The notes: generated by a model not told the origin, from the letters alone. A DNA stretch of 64,000 nt from Spirochaetia bacterium (GCA_965203055.1 OZ241863.1:3968001-4032000); one strand, 5' to 3'. Positions 9,963 through 19,826 are shown, counted from the stretch's first letter. Numbers and translations are program-made.

Positions 9963-11704
9963 CTTGGCGCTGCCGGGCGGCGCACCACGATCAGGGTGCC
10001 GGCGCGCAGGCCGGCCACCCGGCTCACGGCTCCGTCCGGCCACGTCACCGCCAGCTCCAGCGGCCGTTCGGCCGCGGGAAAGCCGAAGTGGGCGCGCGGC
10101 GGATCGCTCGACAGGTAGCCGCTGCTGACCCGCACGGCGCGCCAGTAGGCCGCCCGGTCGGTGGTGAGCCGGAGCCGCGCCCCGACCGCGAAGCGGTTGG
10201 CCGACCCGGCCCAGTCGAGGTCCACCTGCAAGCTGGCGCCGCCGCACACCTGATTCTCGAACAGCGCCGCCGGCGCCCGGAAGTTGTTGACCACCACGTC
10301 CAGGTCGCCGTCCAGATCCAGATCCGCCAGCGCCATGCCGCGCCCGCTCTCGGTGGCGCCCAGCTCCCACTCCGGCGCGGGCGTAAAGTTGCCGGCGCCG
10401 TCATTGCGTAGCGCCTGATTCTCCTCCACCAGTTCCGCGCCCGGCAGGTGGCCGAACGCCTCTCCGATCATGCCGTTCACGGTGTAGAGGTCAAGGTCGC
10501 CGTCGTTGTCGAGGTCGCCGAACTGCGCCGACCAGCTCCATCCGGTGGCCTCGACGCCGGCGCGCGCGGCGTGGTTCTCGAATGCTCCTCCCGCGCCCCG
10601 CACCTGCAGGGTGTTGGCGTAGATCTGGCCGCGGTCGGCGGCGGCGGCGTCCGGCGGCAGCACCGGCGCCCAGGCGGCGTCGACGTCAGGTCCTGACCGG
10701 TACGGCTTCATGTCGGCCGCGAACAGTTCGAAGCGGCCGTCGTTGTCGATGTCTCCCTCCGCGAACGCCATCGTGTTGTAGGTGGTCTGGCGGAACGGCG
10801 CGGCCGCCACCCAGCGGCGCGGCGTGTTGAGGTAGACGTAGTCCGGCACCTCGTAGTCGTTGCCGATCACGATGTCGCGGCGCCCGTCGCCGTCAAGGTC
10901 GGGCAGGGCTATGGCCAACGCCATCGCCCTGCCAGCCATGCGCACGTGCTCGAAGTAGAGGGTGGAAAACGGAAACCGGCTGCGCTCTCCGCCGGCCCCG
11001 AGATTGGCGTAGTAGAACACGCCGCGCAGCCGGGTCCTGGTGTTCGGGTCGGCGCCGGCGGCGCGGCTCAGGAACAGCTCGCGGCGCTCGATCTCATCCA
11101 GCTCCTCGTCGTAGGTGGCGCCCACCAGGTCCAGGTCGCCGTCGCCGTCCAGGTCCGCCCAGGCCATGGCGTGAATCGGAAAGCGGGCGGTGAAGCGGCC
11201 ATCCTCTACCCGGGTGAAGGTCCGGGCCGCGCCGCTCCCGCGCAGCCACCGCGGCTGCCCGTCGCGGCGGGTCACCGCCAGGTCCAGGTGGCCGTCGCCG
11301 TCCACGTCCACCGCGTTGATCGCGCGGGTCTGCTCCTCGGCCAGCGCCAACGGCGCGAACTCAAGGTCCCGGCCGCGGTTCCAGAGCACGGTCACCGGCG
11401 CGCGCAGCCCGGCCAGCGCGATGTCGATCCGGCCGTCGCCGTCAAGGTCGGCCAGCGCCACCCCGGCGCCGTTGCTGTCGAACGGCTTGGGCGGCCAGTT
11501 GCCGGTGGTGGTGTGGGGGAGCAGACGGCGCACGAAGCGTCCGGAACAGGCGCCGGCGTCGAGCTGGCGCAGTACGCGGGCGGCGGCGGGGACCGGCGCG
11601 GCCTCCGCCGCCTCGGCGCCAAGGCTGCCGCCGCCGGCCAGCAGCAACCCGCAGACCGCAAGCCCAAGCCGCCGCCGGCCCCGCGGGAGGTCACCCGGCC
11701 GCAA
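9959..11704 (-). CDS. CRTAC1-family protein (FG-GAP/VCBS repeats plus ASPIC/UnbV domain), secreted
   Basis: Multiple DxDGDG.LD repeats, GWSWSAQFGDLDNDG, C-terminal SSGYLSSD..RAHFG; hydrophobic signal segment. Start uncertain. Confidence 0.85.
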   Translation of the reverse strand: MRPGDLPRGRRRLGLAVCGLLLAGGGSLGAEAAEAAPVPAAARVLRQLDAGACSGRFVRRLLPHTTTGNWPPKPFDSNGAGVALADLDGDGRIDIALAGLRAPVTVLWNRGRDLEFAPLALAEEQTRAINAVDVDGDGHLDLAVTRRDGQPRWLRGSGAARTFTRVEDGRFTARFPIHAMAWADLDGDGDLDLVGATYDEELDEIERRELFLSRAAGADPNTRTRLRGVFYYANLGAGGERSRFPFSTLYFEHVRMAGRAMALAIALPDLDGDGRRDIVIGNDYEVPDYVYLNTPRRWVAAAPFRQTTYNTMAFAEGDIDNDGRFELFAADMKPYRSGPDVDAAWAPVLPPDAAAADRGQIYANTLQVRGAGGAFENHAARAGVEATGWSWSAQFGDLDNDGDLDLYTVNGMIGEAFGHLPGAELVEENQALRNDGAGNFTPAPEWELGATESGRGMALADLDLDGDLDVVVNNFRAPAALFENQVCGGASLQVDLDWAGSANRFAVGARLRLTTDRAAYWRAVRVSSGYLSSDPPRAHFGFPAAERPLELAVTWPDGAVSRVAGLRAGTLIVVRRPAAPS

Positions 11705-11724
11705 GCCGCCGGGTGACCTCCCGC
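11683..11724. repeat. Perfect 17-bp inverted repeat (hairpin) downstream of the solute-binding protein gene
   Basis: GCGGGAGGTCACCCGGC (11683-11699) / GCCGGGTGACCTCCCGC (11708-11724), 8-nt loop. Confidence 0.85.
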
Positions 11725-11761
11725 CGGATCAGGCCGCCGTCTGCAGTCTGAGCGGCGCGCT

Positions 11762-13600
11762 TCAGAATCCCATCTCCGCCTTCATGGCCTGGTCGATCCA
11801 GAGGCGGGCGAAGACCTGATTCTTCTGCCACACCCCCATGTAGAAGTCGCCGTTGAAGCCCCGGACCCACGGCTGGCTGAAGTTGAACGCCGGCGAGATC
11901 GGCCCCCAGGTGTACCAGTGCTGCCGGATCAGGTAGTAGTCGGCCTCCTTCGCCGCGGCCTTGAGGTCATCGAGCGTGCCCGCCTCCCGCGCCCGCTTGA
12001 CCAGATCGTTGTACGTCGGATCGTTGAACTGGCCGCGGTTCCACTTGGCTCCCGGCTCCTGCCACTGCAGCGAGTCGAGCGGGAAGTAGGGCGTGCCGGC
12101 GATGGCCGGCGACAAGCCGAAGAGCTGGCCGTTGTCGAGCCGGCTGACGAACTCGGCGCCGTCCACCGCATCGACCTCGACCTCGACCCCGATCGCCTTC
12201 CAGTACTCGATGGCAATCTGCTGGTAGTCGCCCAGCGGCGACGCGTTGGACCACTGCAGCGGAACCTTGAACCGGACGCCGTCGGCGCCGCGCGGGTAGC
12301 CGGCCTCGTCCAGCAATGCCTCCGCCGCGGCGGGGTCGTAGCCGTAGGCCTGCCGCAGGTCTTGCGGCCACTCTTCGTACGGCACCACGAACCCGGTCAA
12401 CGCCCGCCCGATCACTCCCTGCGGGGTGGTTTCCGCCTGTCCCTTGTACACGGTGGCGGCAATGGTTTCGTTGTCCAGGGCCATCTGCATGGCGCGGCGC
12501 ACGCGGACGTCATCGAACGGCTTGTCCTGCACGTACATGGCAAAGACCTGATTGGAACGGAAGTAGTACGAATTCGCCCGCAGCTCCGGATTGGTGCGCA
12601 ACAGGCTGTCGGCCTCGTCGATGGTGTCCAGCGAGGTGGACATGTTGTGCCCGATGTAGTCGACCCGGCCGGCGCGCAACGCCGCAATGTAGGTGGCCGT
12701 CTCCGGCATGATCAGAACCTTGAGTTCGTCGACGTAGGGGAGCTGATTGTCGGGATACTTCTCGTCGCGCCCCCAGTAGTCGGGGTTCTTGTGGAAGGTG
12801 AGCGACTCCGCCTCCACCCAGTCCACCAGCATGAACGGCCCGGTGCCGACCAACGTCCGCCAGTCGGTCACGTCGCCTTTCTCCCGGATCACCTCCGGCG
12901 GCAGGATGAAGCCGAAGTTGTCGTCGATGAGCACCTTCAACGCATCCAGCGGCGGGGTATCGATCTCGACGTAGACCTGATTGCCGCGCGCTTCCAGGAC
13001 CGTGAAGTCGAGCTGCGGGAACCGGCTCGAGTTGGGCGGCGGCTGCTCGAACGGGCCGGTGCCGCTCAACCGCTGGAAGTTGAACACGATGTCCTCGGCG
13101 GTCAGCGGGCGCCCGTTCATCGGCGCCTTGTCATGCCAGCGGGCGTTTTCGCGGACGGTGAAGATGAACGTGTTGGGGTTCGGCACCTCCCAGCTCTGCG
13201 CCAGCGCGCCGGCGTAGTGGCTGATGTCGAGATACTCGGTGGCCAGCGCGTTGACGCTGCGGTCGATGCCCCAGTTGCCGATGCCCAGCTTTTCGACGAC
13301 GCCCGAGTTGGCAAAGCCGGCGGACAGTCCGCCGATCGACTGGTCGGTGTTGGCGATTTCGCGGTCGTTGGCCGCGGTCAAGGTGCCGCCGTACTGCGGC
13401 GCCGGGACCTCCATGCCGGTGGTCGGGTCGGTCACCATCTCCCGCTCCATGGTATCCATGGCCGCGGCGCTGTCGTCTTCGCCGGTAGGCGCCGCCCACG
13501 CCGCGCCCGCGGCAAGCGCGAGGCCGGACAGCACCGCCAGCGCCGGCCGCCACCGGCGCGCGTACGACGACAGATAGCGAAGCGCAAGCGATTTTCTCAC
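11762..13600 (-). CDS. ABC transporter substrate-binding protein, family 5
   Basis: PQYGGTL, LAQSWE, VGTGPF, PFDDVRVRRAM, YDPAAAEALLDEAGY; GAAGGAG RBS before GTG. Confidence 0.92.
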   Translation of the reverse strand: MRKSLALRYLSSYARRWRPALAVLSGLALAAGAAWAAPTGEDDSAAAMDTMEREMVTDPTTGMEVPAPQYGGTLTAANDREIANTDQSIGGLSAGFANSGVVEKLGIGNWGIDRSVNALATEYLDISHYAGALAQSWEVPNPNTFIFTVRENARWHDKAPMNGRPLTAEDIVFNFQRLSGTGPFEQPPPNSSRFPQLDFTVLEARGNQVYVEIDTPPLDALKVLIDDNFGFILPPEVIREKGDVTDWRTLVGTGPFMLVDWVEAESLTFHKNPDYWGRDEKYPDNQLPYVDELKVLIMPETATYIAALRAGRVDYIGHNMSTSLDTIDEADSLLRTNPELRANSYYFRSNQVFAMYVQDKPFDDVRVRRAMQMALDNETIAATVYKGQAETTPQGVIGRALTGFVVPYEEWPQDLRQAYGYDPAAAEALLDEAGYPRGADGVRFKVPLQWSNASPLGDYQQIAIEYWKAIGVEVEVDAVDGAEFVSRLDNGQLFGLSPAIAGTPYFPLDSLQWQEPGAKWNRGQFNDPTYNDLVKRAREAGTLDDLKAAAKEADYYLIRQHWYTWGPISPAFNFSQPWVRGFNGDFYMGVWQKNQVFARLWIDQAMKAEMGF

Positions 13601-13648
13601 GATATTACTCCTTCGCTGCTCAGGCGCAGCATCCAGGTTCGAAATATG

Positions 13649-13677
13649 ACTGTAGAGGCAGGAGTGCCGGCTGTCAA
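13649..13677 (-). promoter_or_regulatory. Sigma70-like promoter of the solute-binding protein gene
   Basis: TTGACA-17 nt-TACAGT on the minus strand. Confidence 0.6.
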
Positions 13678-13760
13678 AACGCGCCGCCCACGCCGCGGCG
13701 AACCTTGGGACGGACGACCGCGGCGGCGACCGCAGGCACGGCCGCCGGCGCAGCGGGCGG

Positions 13761-14099
13761 CTACTCCTTCAGCGCGAGGTGCACCATCAGCCGGACCCGC
13801 GGGCGGTCGCCGGCCAAGCGGCAGCGCAGCCGCAGCCAGCCGCCGAAGTCGCGCAGCGCGCGGCCGCGCAGGCAGGGCGCCGTCAACTGCAGCGGGGCCG
13901 CGCCCTCCAGGTCGCACCAGTGCAGGCCGTCGGGCGACCACTGCGGCACGGCAATCAGCGCCGTGCCCTCCGCCAGCTCGATGACGCGCACGAACCACGC
14001 GGCCTCGCTCGCCCACCCGCATTCGTAGGGTTCGGTGTCGAAACTGCCGGTGTAGGTTTCGTTCAGTTCCAGGGTTGCGGTGTGGGAACGGCGCAGCAT
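13761..14099 (-). CDS. Small conserved-looking hypothetical protein (112 aa), last gene of the DUF6772 operon
   Basis: ATG 1 nt after the upstream stop; protein-like composition (TEPYECGWASEA, WSPDGLHW). Confidence 0.7.
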   Translation of the reverse strand: MLRRSHTATLELNETYTGSFDTEPYECGWASEAAWFVRVIELAEGTALIAVPQWSPDGLHWCDLEGAAPLQLTAPCLRGRALRDFGGWLRLRCRLAGDRPRVRLMVHLALKE

Positions 14100-14100
14100 G

Positions 14101-15045
14101 CTACCAGTCCGCCGAGATCAGCACCGAGTCGAGAAACAGGAAGTTGCGCACCGGCAGGTGGGTGCGCACGTCAAAGTAGACGTTCAGCAGCCGGTCGAGG
14201 CCAACGTAGGGCTCCGGGTAGACCGGCACCGGAATCTGCCGCAGGTCCAGCACCCGGTCGTTGACTTGCAGCTCGACGTTGCGCCGCGCCTGCAGGTCGA
14301 ACCGCCACCTGAGGTAATGCCAGTTGATCTTGGTCGGGATCTCGTTGCTGCACAGCGCGAAGCCGCCGCCGGGCACGTCTTCCCAGTCATCCCGCCGCAG
14401 CGTGTGTATGTCCTCCGGCACCGGCGCGCCGGCCACCTGCATCCTGGTGGTCGCGTGCAGCGAGGTCTTGTAGCGCCACCGGCGCACGAAGCGGCCGTCG
14501 AAGTCGGTGTTCTGGTAGCGTAGCGCGCACAGATAGCGCTTGCCGTCCGCGCCGTCGCAGACGTCGTTGCCGAGCGTGAAGTCGCCGAACATCGACTCGC
14601 TTGGATGGTAGTTGCCGTCGAACTGCTGCGGCCCCTTCAGCGCCGGATCGAAGTTGGCCTCCGCCTTGTAAGTGAAGTAGCACTCCACCTGCACCTCGGC
14701 GCGCGCCGCGTAGGTGAGCCGCTTGATCAGATAGCAGGAGGCGCCGGCGCGCGGCCGGGTGGCCAGCTTGAGGGCGTAGACGCCGTCCATGCTGCCGTGG
14801 GAGCCGACGTCGAAGAAGGTGCAGGTGGAGATCTGCGCCGGGCGCAGGTCGCGCACCAGCGGCTTGACCTGCCCGAGATCGTCGTCGTAGTTGCCGATCA
14901 GTTGCGTCCAGCCGTTGATGCCGTCGTCGAAGTCGTCGAAGCACAGCAGCCGCGGCAACGGGTTGAACTTGCTCAGCCGAGGGTCGGCGCGCCGCCGCAG
15001 CGCCACCCGGTTCGCGTCCTCCCACCCGAGCCGATACTCGTTCAC
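14101..15045 (-). CDS. DUF6772-like protein
   Basis: Coding part of the 849-aa ORF begins at GTG 15045 (GTGA overlap, GAGGAG RBS); ADPRLSKFNPLPRLLCFDDFD..GWTQLIGNY, KINWHYLRW. Confidence 0.7.
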   Translation of the reverse strand: MNEYRLGWEDANRVALRRRADPRLSKFNPLPRLLCFDDFDDGINGWTQLIGNYDDDLGQVKPLVRDLRPAQISTCTFFDVGSHGSMDGVYALKLATRPRAGASCYLIKRLTYAARAEVQVECYFTYKAEANFDPALKGPQQFDGNYHPSESMFGDFTLGNDVCDGADGKRYLCALRYQNTDFDGRFVRRWRYKTSLHATTRMQVAGAPVPEDIHTLRRDDWEDVPGGGFALCSNEIPTKINWHYLRWRFDLQARRNVELQVNDRVLDLRQIPVPVYPEPYVGLDRLLNVYFDVRTHLPVRNFLFLDSVLISADW

Positions 15046-16721
15046 GCAAGCTCCTCTTCGCGCACCCGATATGCCTTCAGGATCGGCTGCGGGCCGCCGG
15101 CGTTGATGTTCTCGAAGTGATCGCTGGTGTAGTCGGCGATCACGATGGTGCCGTCGGCGAGCTGGGTCCAGGCGCTGTAGCCGGAGTCGGAAGTGTAGTC
15201 CAGCACCACCGTCCGGTCGCGCTGAAACTGGTCGGGGAAGCCCTCCGCGGCGCGCCAGCGCCAGTCGATCGAGTAATCGCCGGGGTTGTAGACCCGGCCG
15301 CGGCCGGAGCGCCAGCGCGTCTCCACCTCGCCGGCGGCGCCGAAGCGCACCTCCCGCTGCCGCAGCCGTGCGTCGGCGCTGGCCAGCATCTGCCGGCCGT
15401 CCACCACTACCCGGCAGCCGCCGGGGCGCCGCTCCAGGCGGTAGGTGTGCCACTGCGCGGTATCGAGGCAGACGAACCCGGGCCGGCCCTGCCCGCCGGC
15501 CTCGCCGGCGCCGGCCTCGAAACCCTCGTCCGCAGGCCGGGCGAACTGCAGCCGGCCGGCGCCGATGCTCACGCCGAACCCGGCGCCGAGCAGCACGTTG
15601 CCGGGGCCGGGAGCGCGGCGCAGCTTCAGTTCCAGGTCGACCTCGGCGGCGCCGGTCAGGGCGGGGTAGAGCGAAAACTCCACCTCGGCGGCGCGCCCGG
15701 CGCCGGTGGCGGTGAGCATCTCGCCTCCCGCGCGCCGGCAGCGGTGTTCTTCCCAGATGAAGGAGGCCGGCTCGAAGCCCAGCTCCTCGTCGGGGTGGAA
15801 CAGGAACGCGCGGCTGCCGGGCGTGCCCCAGCGGTTGCGGTAGGTCACCAGCAGCTTGCCGGACTGCAGCCGGTGCAGCATGGTGCGCTGGCCGTACACC
15901 GGCGTGAGCGTGGGCTCGCTCCAGGTGCGGCCGGAATCGTAGCTGCGCAGCAGCCGGCTCGGCTGGCCGAACTTGCCGCCGCCGAAGCCGATCCGGGTCA
16001 TGGCCAGCAGGCGGCCCGGTTCCAGCTCCGCCATGCCCACTTCGCAGTCGCCGTGGTAGGGCGCGTCGGTGACCGTCCCAAACGGCTGCCAAGTCTTGCC
16101 GCCGTCGGTCGAGCCGACCGCAACGTTGCGGTAGTAGACGGTGCCCCACGGCGCCGGCGGATCGTCGAGCGCCGGGCAGGAGGCCGACTCGGTGCGCGTA
16201 TACAGCAGGGTCCCGTCGGCAAGCTCGATCAGGTAGCCCGGCTCGCCGCCCACCGCGTCCACCGGTTGCGGCTCGCTCCAGGTGCGCCCGTGGTCGCCGC
16301 TCCACAACAGGTAGTTGGCCATGCCGCGCGCCGGCCGCTGCTGCCAGCGGGTCAACAGCGGCCAGTCCTGACCGCTGCCGCGCCGGCCCTCGTCCACCAG
16401 CACCACCAGGCGGCCGTCGCGCAGCCGGCTGAGCTGCGGCGCCACCCAGCACGCCTGATGTTCCCACACGTTGCGATGGGCGATGGAGCGGTGCCCCTCC
16501 CAGGCGCGGCCCCCGTCCGCGGAGCGGGCGGTCATGACGTGGGTGAACAGCGCGGTATGCGAGTCGGACAGGCGGTAGGTCGCCACCAGCCCCTCCGGCG
16601 TGTCGCGGATGCCGGCCACCGAGTGATACCAGCCGCGCGGGTTCGGGCACGGTCCGGGCGCCGGATCGCGCCCGTTGTGGTCGGCGATGACGAACTTGCT
16701 CGACTCCGGAACGACGCGCAT
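15042..16721 (-). CDS. Sialidase/BNR (Asp-box) repeat protein
   Basis: Asp boxes SADGGRAW, SGDHGRTW, STDGGKTW, SYDSGRTW; DSGYS motif. Confidence 0.8.
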   Translation of the reverse strand: MRVVPESSKFVIADHNGRDPAPGPCPNPRGWYHSVAGIRDTPEGLVATYRLSDSHTALFTHVMTARSADGGRAWEGHRSIAHRNVWEHQACWVAPQLSRLRDGRLVVLVDEGRRGSGQDWPLLTRWQQRPARGMANYLLWSGDHGRTWSEPQPVDAVGGEPGYLIELADGTLLYTRTESASCPALDDPPAPWGTVYYRNVAVGSTDGGKTWQPFGTVTDAPYHGDCEVGMAELEPGRLLAMTRIGFGGGKFGQPSRLLRSYDSGRTWSEPTLTPVYGQRTMLHRLQSGKLLVTYRNRWGTPGSRAFLFHPDEELGFEPASFIWEEHRCRRAGGEMLTATGAGRAAEVEFSLYPALTGAAEVDLELKLRRAPGPGNVLLGAGFGVSIGAGRLQFARPADEGFEAGAGEAGGQGRPGFVCLDTAQWHTYRLERRPGGCRVVVDGRQMLASADARLRQREVRFGAAGEVETRWRSGRGRVYNPGDYSIDWRWRAAEGFPDQFQRDRTVVLDYTSDSGYSAWTQLADGTIVIADYTSDHFENINAGGPQPILKAYRVREEELA

Positions 16722-16737
16722 CGCCTCTCGTTGCGTC

Positions 16738-18300
16738 CTACCGGCCCTGGTCGGCTACGGTCATCAGCAGGCGGTCGAGGCCGGCGTCCATCATGGCGCG
16801 CACGTAGCCGTCCCAGGCCTGGTCGACGTCCACCTGGCCGGTGAGCGCCTTCCAGGCGAACTCCTGCTCGACGGTGCCGATGTTGGCGAGCAGCGCGCGT
16901 TCGTCTTCGTTCCAGGTCGGGCGGAACCCGTAGCCCGGGAACCCCACCTGGTTGTCCTCGATGTACTTCTGCAGCGCGTGGCGACCCGGCGCGATGTACA
17001 CCTTGTCGATCGGCGGCACGATGTGGGCGACGTGCCCGCTGAACATGCGCGCGCCGCGCTGCGCCAGCTCCGACGGCTCCATCAGGTTGCCGATCGCGTA
17101 GCCGCGGTCGTCGATCTCCCAGGCCTCGCCCCGGGCGCCGCCGTGGTGGCCGAAGGCGTACTCGTCGAAGTCGGTGTAGATCGCCTCGGCCATCTGCAGC
17201 AGCGTCACCGCCACCTCATCGCTGGCGTTCACCCCCACGCACCAGGGCCCCCAGTTGGGGTCGCGGTACCAAGTGCCGCGCCGGCCGTCAGGTCCGGCCG
17301 GGGTGACCGAGTAGGCGATCGGGCCGTCCGGGTTGACCTCGCGGTAGGCGCCCCAGGGTCCGGCGCCGGTGTTCGACATCCAGGCGTCCAGCTCCGACCA
17401 GGCGCCGAACTCGTCGTTGGCCATCGCCTGCAACACGTCCTGGCGCACCATGGTGGGCATGTTGGGGTGGATGATCTCCTTCTCCCACCACGTGTTGACG
17501 TACTTCAGCGCGTCCCGGTAGTTGGGATCGACCATCGAGTAGTAGCCGTTGCCGCCGCGCACCTCCCACACGTTCAACTGCACGCCGAACGCGCCGAACA
17601 CGCTCGGCAGGATCGTCCTCTGAAAGGCGTCGTTGTTCTTCCACACCGCATAGCCGTAGGAGTCCTTGCGCCCGTTGCCGTCCGGGTCCTCATTGCGGAA
17701 CGCCAGCAGCAGGCGCTCGATCGCTTCGAGGCTGTCGGGGCCGGCGTAGAAGTCGGTGCCCGGCACCGGCTCCAGCTCGTAGCCCAGATTCCGCATCCAG
17801 TCGCCGCGGAAGCCGATCACCTGCCCGGTCGACGCCATCGACAACGCCGTCGGCACCGCGTAGTTGACGCCGTCCACCATGGTGCGCCGCCACACCTCCT
17901 CGCCGAGATAGTGGTCGGCCCAGCGCATGTACCCCGGCATGTGGGCGCGGATCAGCTCCTGCGGCAGCTCGCGCACGATGCCCAGATCGACGTAGGCCGG
18001 ATTGAACCCGCCGAGATAATCGGGAATGTCCCCGGTCGCCAGGCGCACCTGTCTCGATTCGGCGTCGTACGAGTCGATGTCGTACCAGGGCCGCAGGTCG
18101 ACGTTGAACCGCTCCTCCAGGTGTCGTTCCACGGCGCTGTCCGGCGCCAGGGTGGTGCCGCGCGTGGTCCACGGAATCATGGTGATGACCAGCCGGCCGT
18201 CGCCGGTCGTTGCCTCCTCCCCCTCGGCGGCGGCGAACAGGTGGCCGGCGGTGACCGCCGCCAGCACGGCGGTCAGCAGCGCAGTGCGGATTCTCATCAT
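16738..18300 (-). CDS. Carbohydrate ABC transporter extracellular solute-binding protein (LplA-like)
   Basis: AAGGAG RBS, signal peptide, LATGDIPD, FRNEDPDGNGRKDSYG, WDGYV..M..AG. Confidence 0.85.
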   Translation of the reverse strand: MMRIRTALLTAVLAAVTAGHLFAAAEGEEATTGDGRLVITMIPWTTRGTTLAPDSAVERHLEERFNVDLRPWYDIDSYDAESRQVRLATGDIPDYLGGFNPAYVDLGIVRELPQELIRAHMPGYMRWADHYLGEEVWRRTMVDGVNYAVPTALSMASTGQVIGFRGDWMRNLGYELEPVPGTDFYAGPDSLEAIERLLLAFRNEDPDGNGRKDSYGYAVWKNNDAFQRTILPSVFGAFGVQLNVWEVRGGNGYYSMVDPNYRDALKYVNTWWEKEIIHPNMPTMVRQDVLQAMANDEFGAWSELDAWMSNTGAGPWGAYREVNPDGPIAYSVTPAGPDGRRGTWYRDPNWGPWCVGVNASDEVAVTLLQMAEAIYTDFDEYAFGHHGGARGEAWEIDDRGYAIGNLMEPSELAQRGARMFSGHVAHIVPPIDKVYIAPGRHALQKYIEDNQVGFPGYGFRPTWNEDERALLANIGTVEQEFAWKALTGQVDVDQAWDGYVRAMMDAGLDRLLMTVADQGR

Positions 18301-18331
18301 GGTTGCTCCTTGCGACAGTATCATCCGCCGA

Positions 18332-18366
18332 ATTGTCCCCCCCCCCCCCCCCCCCCCGGCTGTCAA
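18332..18366 (-). promoter_or_regulatory. Promoter with a G21 homopolymer in the -35/-10 spacer
   Basis: Minus strand TTGACA-GCC-G21-ACAAT; C run at 18337-18357. Confidence 0.6.
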
Positions 18367-18471
18367 GGATCCGCCCGCGGCGGGTCGGCCTGACTACTAC
18401 GCTAACCGGCGCTACGAGATTTTTTCGCGTATAAGATTGACGAACGGACCTTATGGTCGGCAATGATACCT

Positions 18472-18498
18472 GCGAAACGTGATGAATTCACGCTTCGC
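18472..18498. promoter_or_regulatory. Inverted repeat just upstream of the rloA-like RBS (operator or hairpin)
   Basis: GCGAAACGTGA-TGAAT-TCACGCTTCGC, 10 of 11 positions paired. Confidence 0.45.
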
Positions 18499-18512
18499 GT
18501 TGAGGTAGTCTG

Positions 18513-19826
18513 ATGCTAATCAGTTTTTCGGTCACGAACTGGATGTCCTTCCGGGACCGGGTTACCCTGTCGATGGTCGCGAGCCGCGAGCGCCAGCACG
18601 GCCGGCGGGTGGCGCGTCTTGGCCGGTACCAGATGAGGGTGCTGCCCATCATGGCGCTCTACGGTGGCAACGCGTCGGGCAAGACCAATCTCGTCAAGGC
18701 GCTGTCCTTCGCCAAGACCCGGATCGTCGAAGGTTCGGCGCCGGGCGGCCGCATCCCGGTAATTCCCTTTCTGCTGGACAATGACTGCGCGCAACAGCCA
18801 TCGCGCTTCGAATTCGAGATTCTGATAGCGGGGTGCGTCTACGCGCTCAGCTTCTCGGTAACCGGAGAGAAGGTGATCGAGGAACGGTTGGTGAGAGTCG
18901 GCAGCACCAGCGAGCGAACACTCTACGCCCGCCGGCACGGGGACTACATTTTCGATAGAACCTTGAGAGAGAATCTGTTTCTCGAGTACCTCCGGCGCGG
19001 TACCCGCGACAATCAGCTCTTTTTGACCAACTCAGTATCACAGAACGTAGAGAACTTCAAGGACATCTACAATTGGTTCAATGACAACTTGCAGATAATT
19101 ACTCCCGAAACTCGGTACGGACTGCCGTCGTTCTATGAAAATAGCAGCGTCGCCGACAAGATGAACGAGATGTTGCTCAACTTCGATACCGGGATTTCCC
19201 GGATGGACAGCGAGCGGCTACCGGCTGAATACCTCAAACTTCCGGCGCCGGTCAATAAAAGATTACAGGATGAGATTAGCGAAGGGAAAAGCGTACATTT
19301 GGCAGGTCCATCCAATCAGTACCTGAAGATGACTCGCGAGAACGGTGACCTCGTAGCCAGCAAATGCGTGACCGTGCACCGGATGACCGATGGCACGGAA
19401 ACCCACTTCGAAGTAGCGCAGGAGTCGGACGGATCACAGCGGTTCATCGATCTCCTGCCCGCGTTTATCGATCTTTCGTCCGGTCATTCAGAGCGGGTCT
19501 ACGTCATCGACGAGATGGACCGCAGCCTGCATACCTTGCTCACTCGAAGGCTGCTTGAACACTATCTGGCGGCCTGTACCCCCAGAATCCGAGCACAACT
19601 GCTGTTCACGACCCATGACGTGCTGCTGATGGACCAACGCTGGTTGCGCCGCGACGAAATGTGGGTAACGGAGCGGGACACTTCCGGCGCTTCGAGCCTG
19701 CTGTCGTTCAGCGAATACCGCGATGTCCGCTACGACAAAGATATACGCAAGAGCTATCTGCAAGGCCGGCTGGGCGGTATTCCCCGTATCAACCCGACGG
19801 AGTCGGTTCACGTTGGCGCGGAATAG
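18513..19826 (+). CDS. rloA: RloA-like ABC/AAA_21 ATPase
   Basis: FSVTNWMSF, YGGNASGKTN, ESDGSQR, IDEMDRSLH, QLLFTTHD, LRRDEMW, YLQGRLGGIP. Confidence 0.85.
   Translation: MLISFSVTNWMSFRDRVTLSMVASRERQHGRRVARLGRYQMRVLPIMALYGGNASGKTNLVKALSFAKTRIVEGSAPGGRIPVIPFLLDNDCAQQPSRFEFEILIAGCVYALSFSVTGEKVIEERLVRVGSTSERTLYARRHGDYIFDRTLRENLFLEYLRRGTRDNQLFLTNSVSQNVENFKDIYNWFNDNLQIITPETRYGLPSFYENSSVADKMNEMLLNFDTGISRMDSERLPAEYLKLPAPVNKRLQDEISEGKSVHLAGPSNQYLKMTRENGDLVASKCVTVHRMTDGTETHFEVAQESDGSQRFIDLLPAFIDLSSGHSERVYVIDEMDRSLHTLLTRRLLEHYLAACTPRIRAQLLFTTHDVLLMDQRWLRRDEMWVTERDTSGASSLLSFSEYRDVRYDKDIRKSYLQGRLGGIPRINPTESVHVGAE

Noticed and set aside
14101..16650. 849-aa ORF, and similar over-extended ORFs (21741-23807, 27349-30015, 37945-39591, 47361-48653, 53654-57265)
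   Set aside because: The N-terminal parts overlap real upstream genes in another frame; trimmed to starts with RBS or coupling evidence.
18300..18366. Poly-Gly N-terminal extension (MTAGGGGGGG) of the binding protein
   Set aside because: The TTG is the -35 box; the RBS and signal peptide point to ATG 18300.
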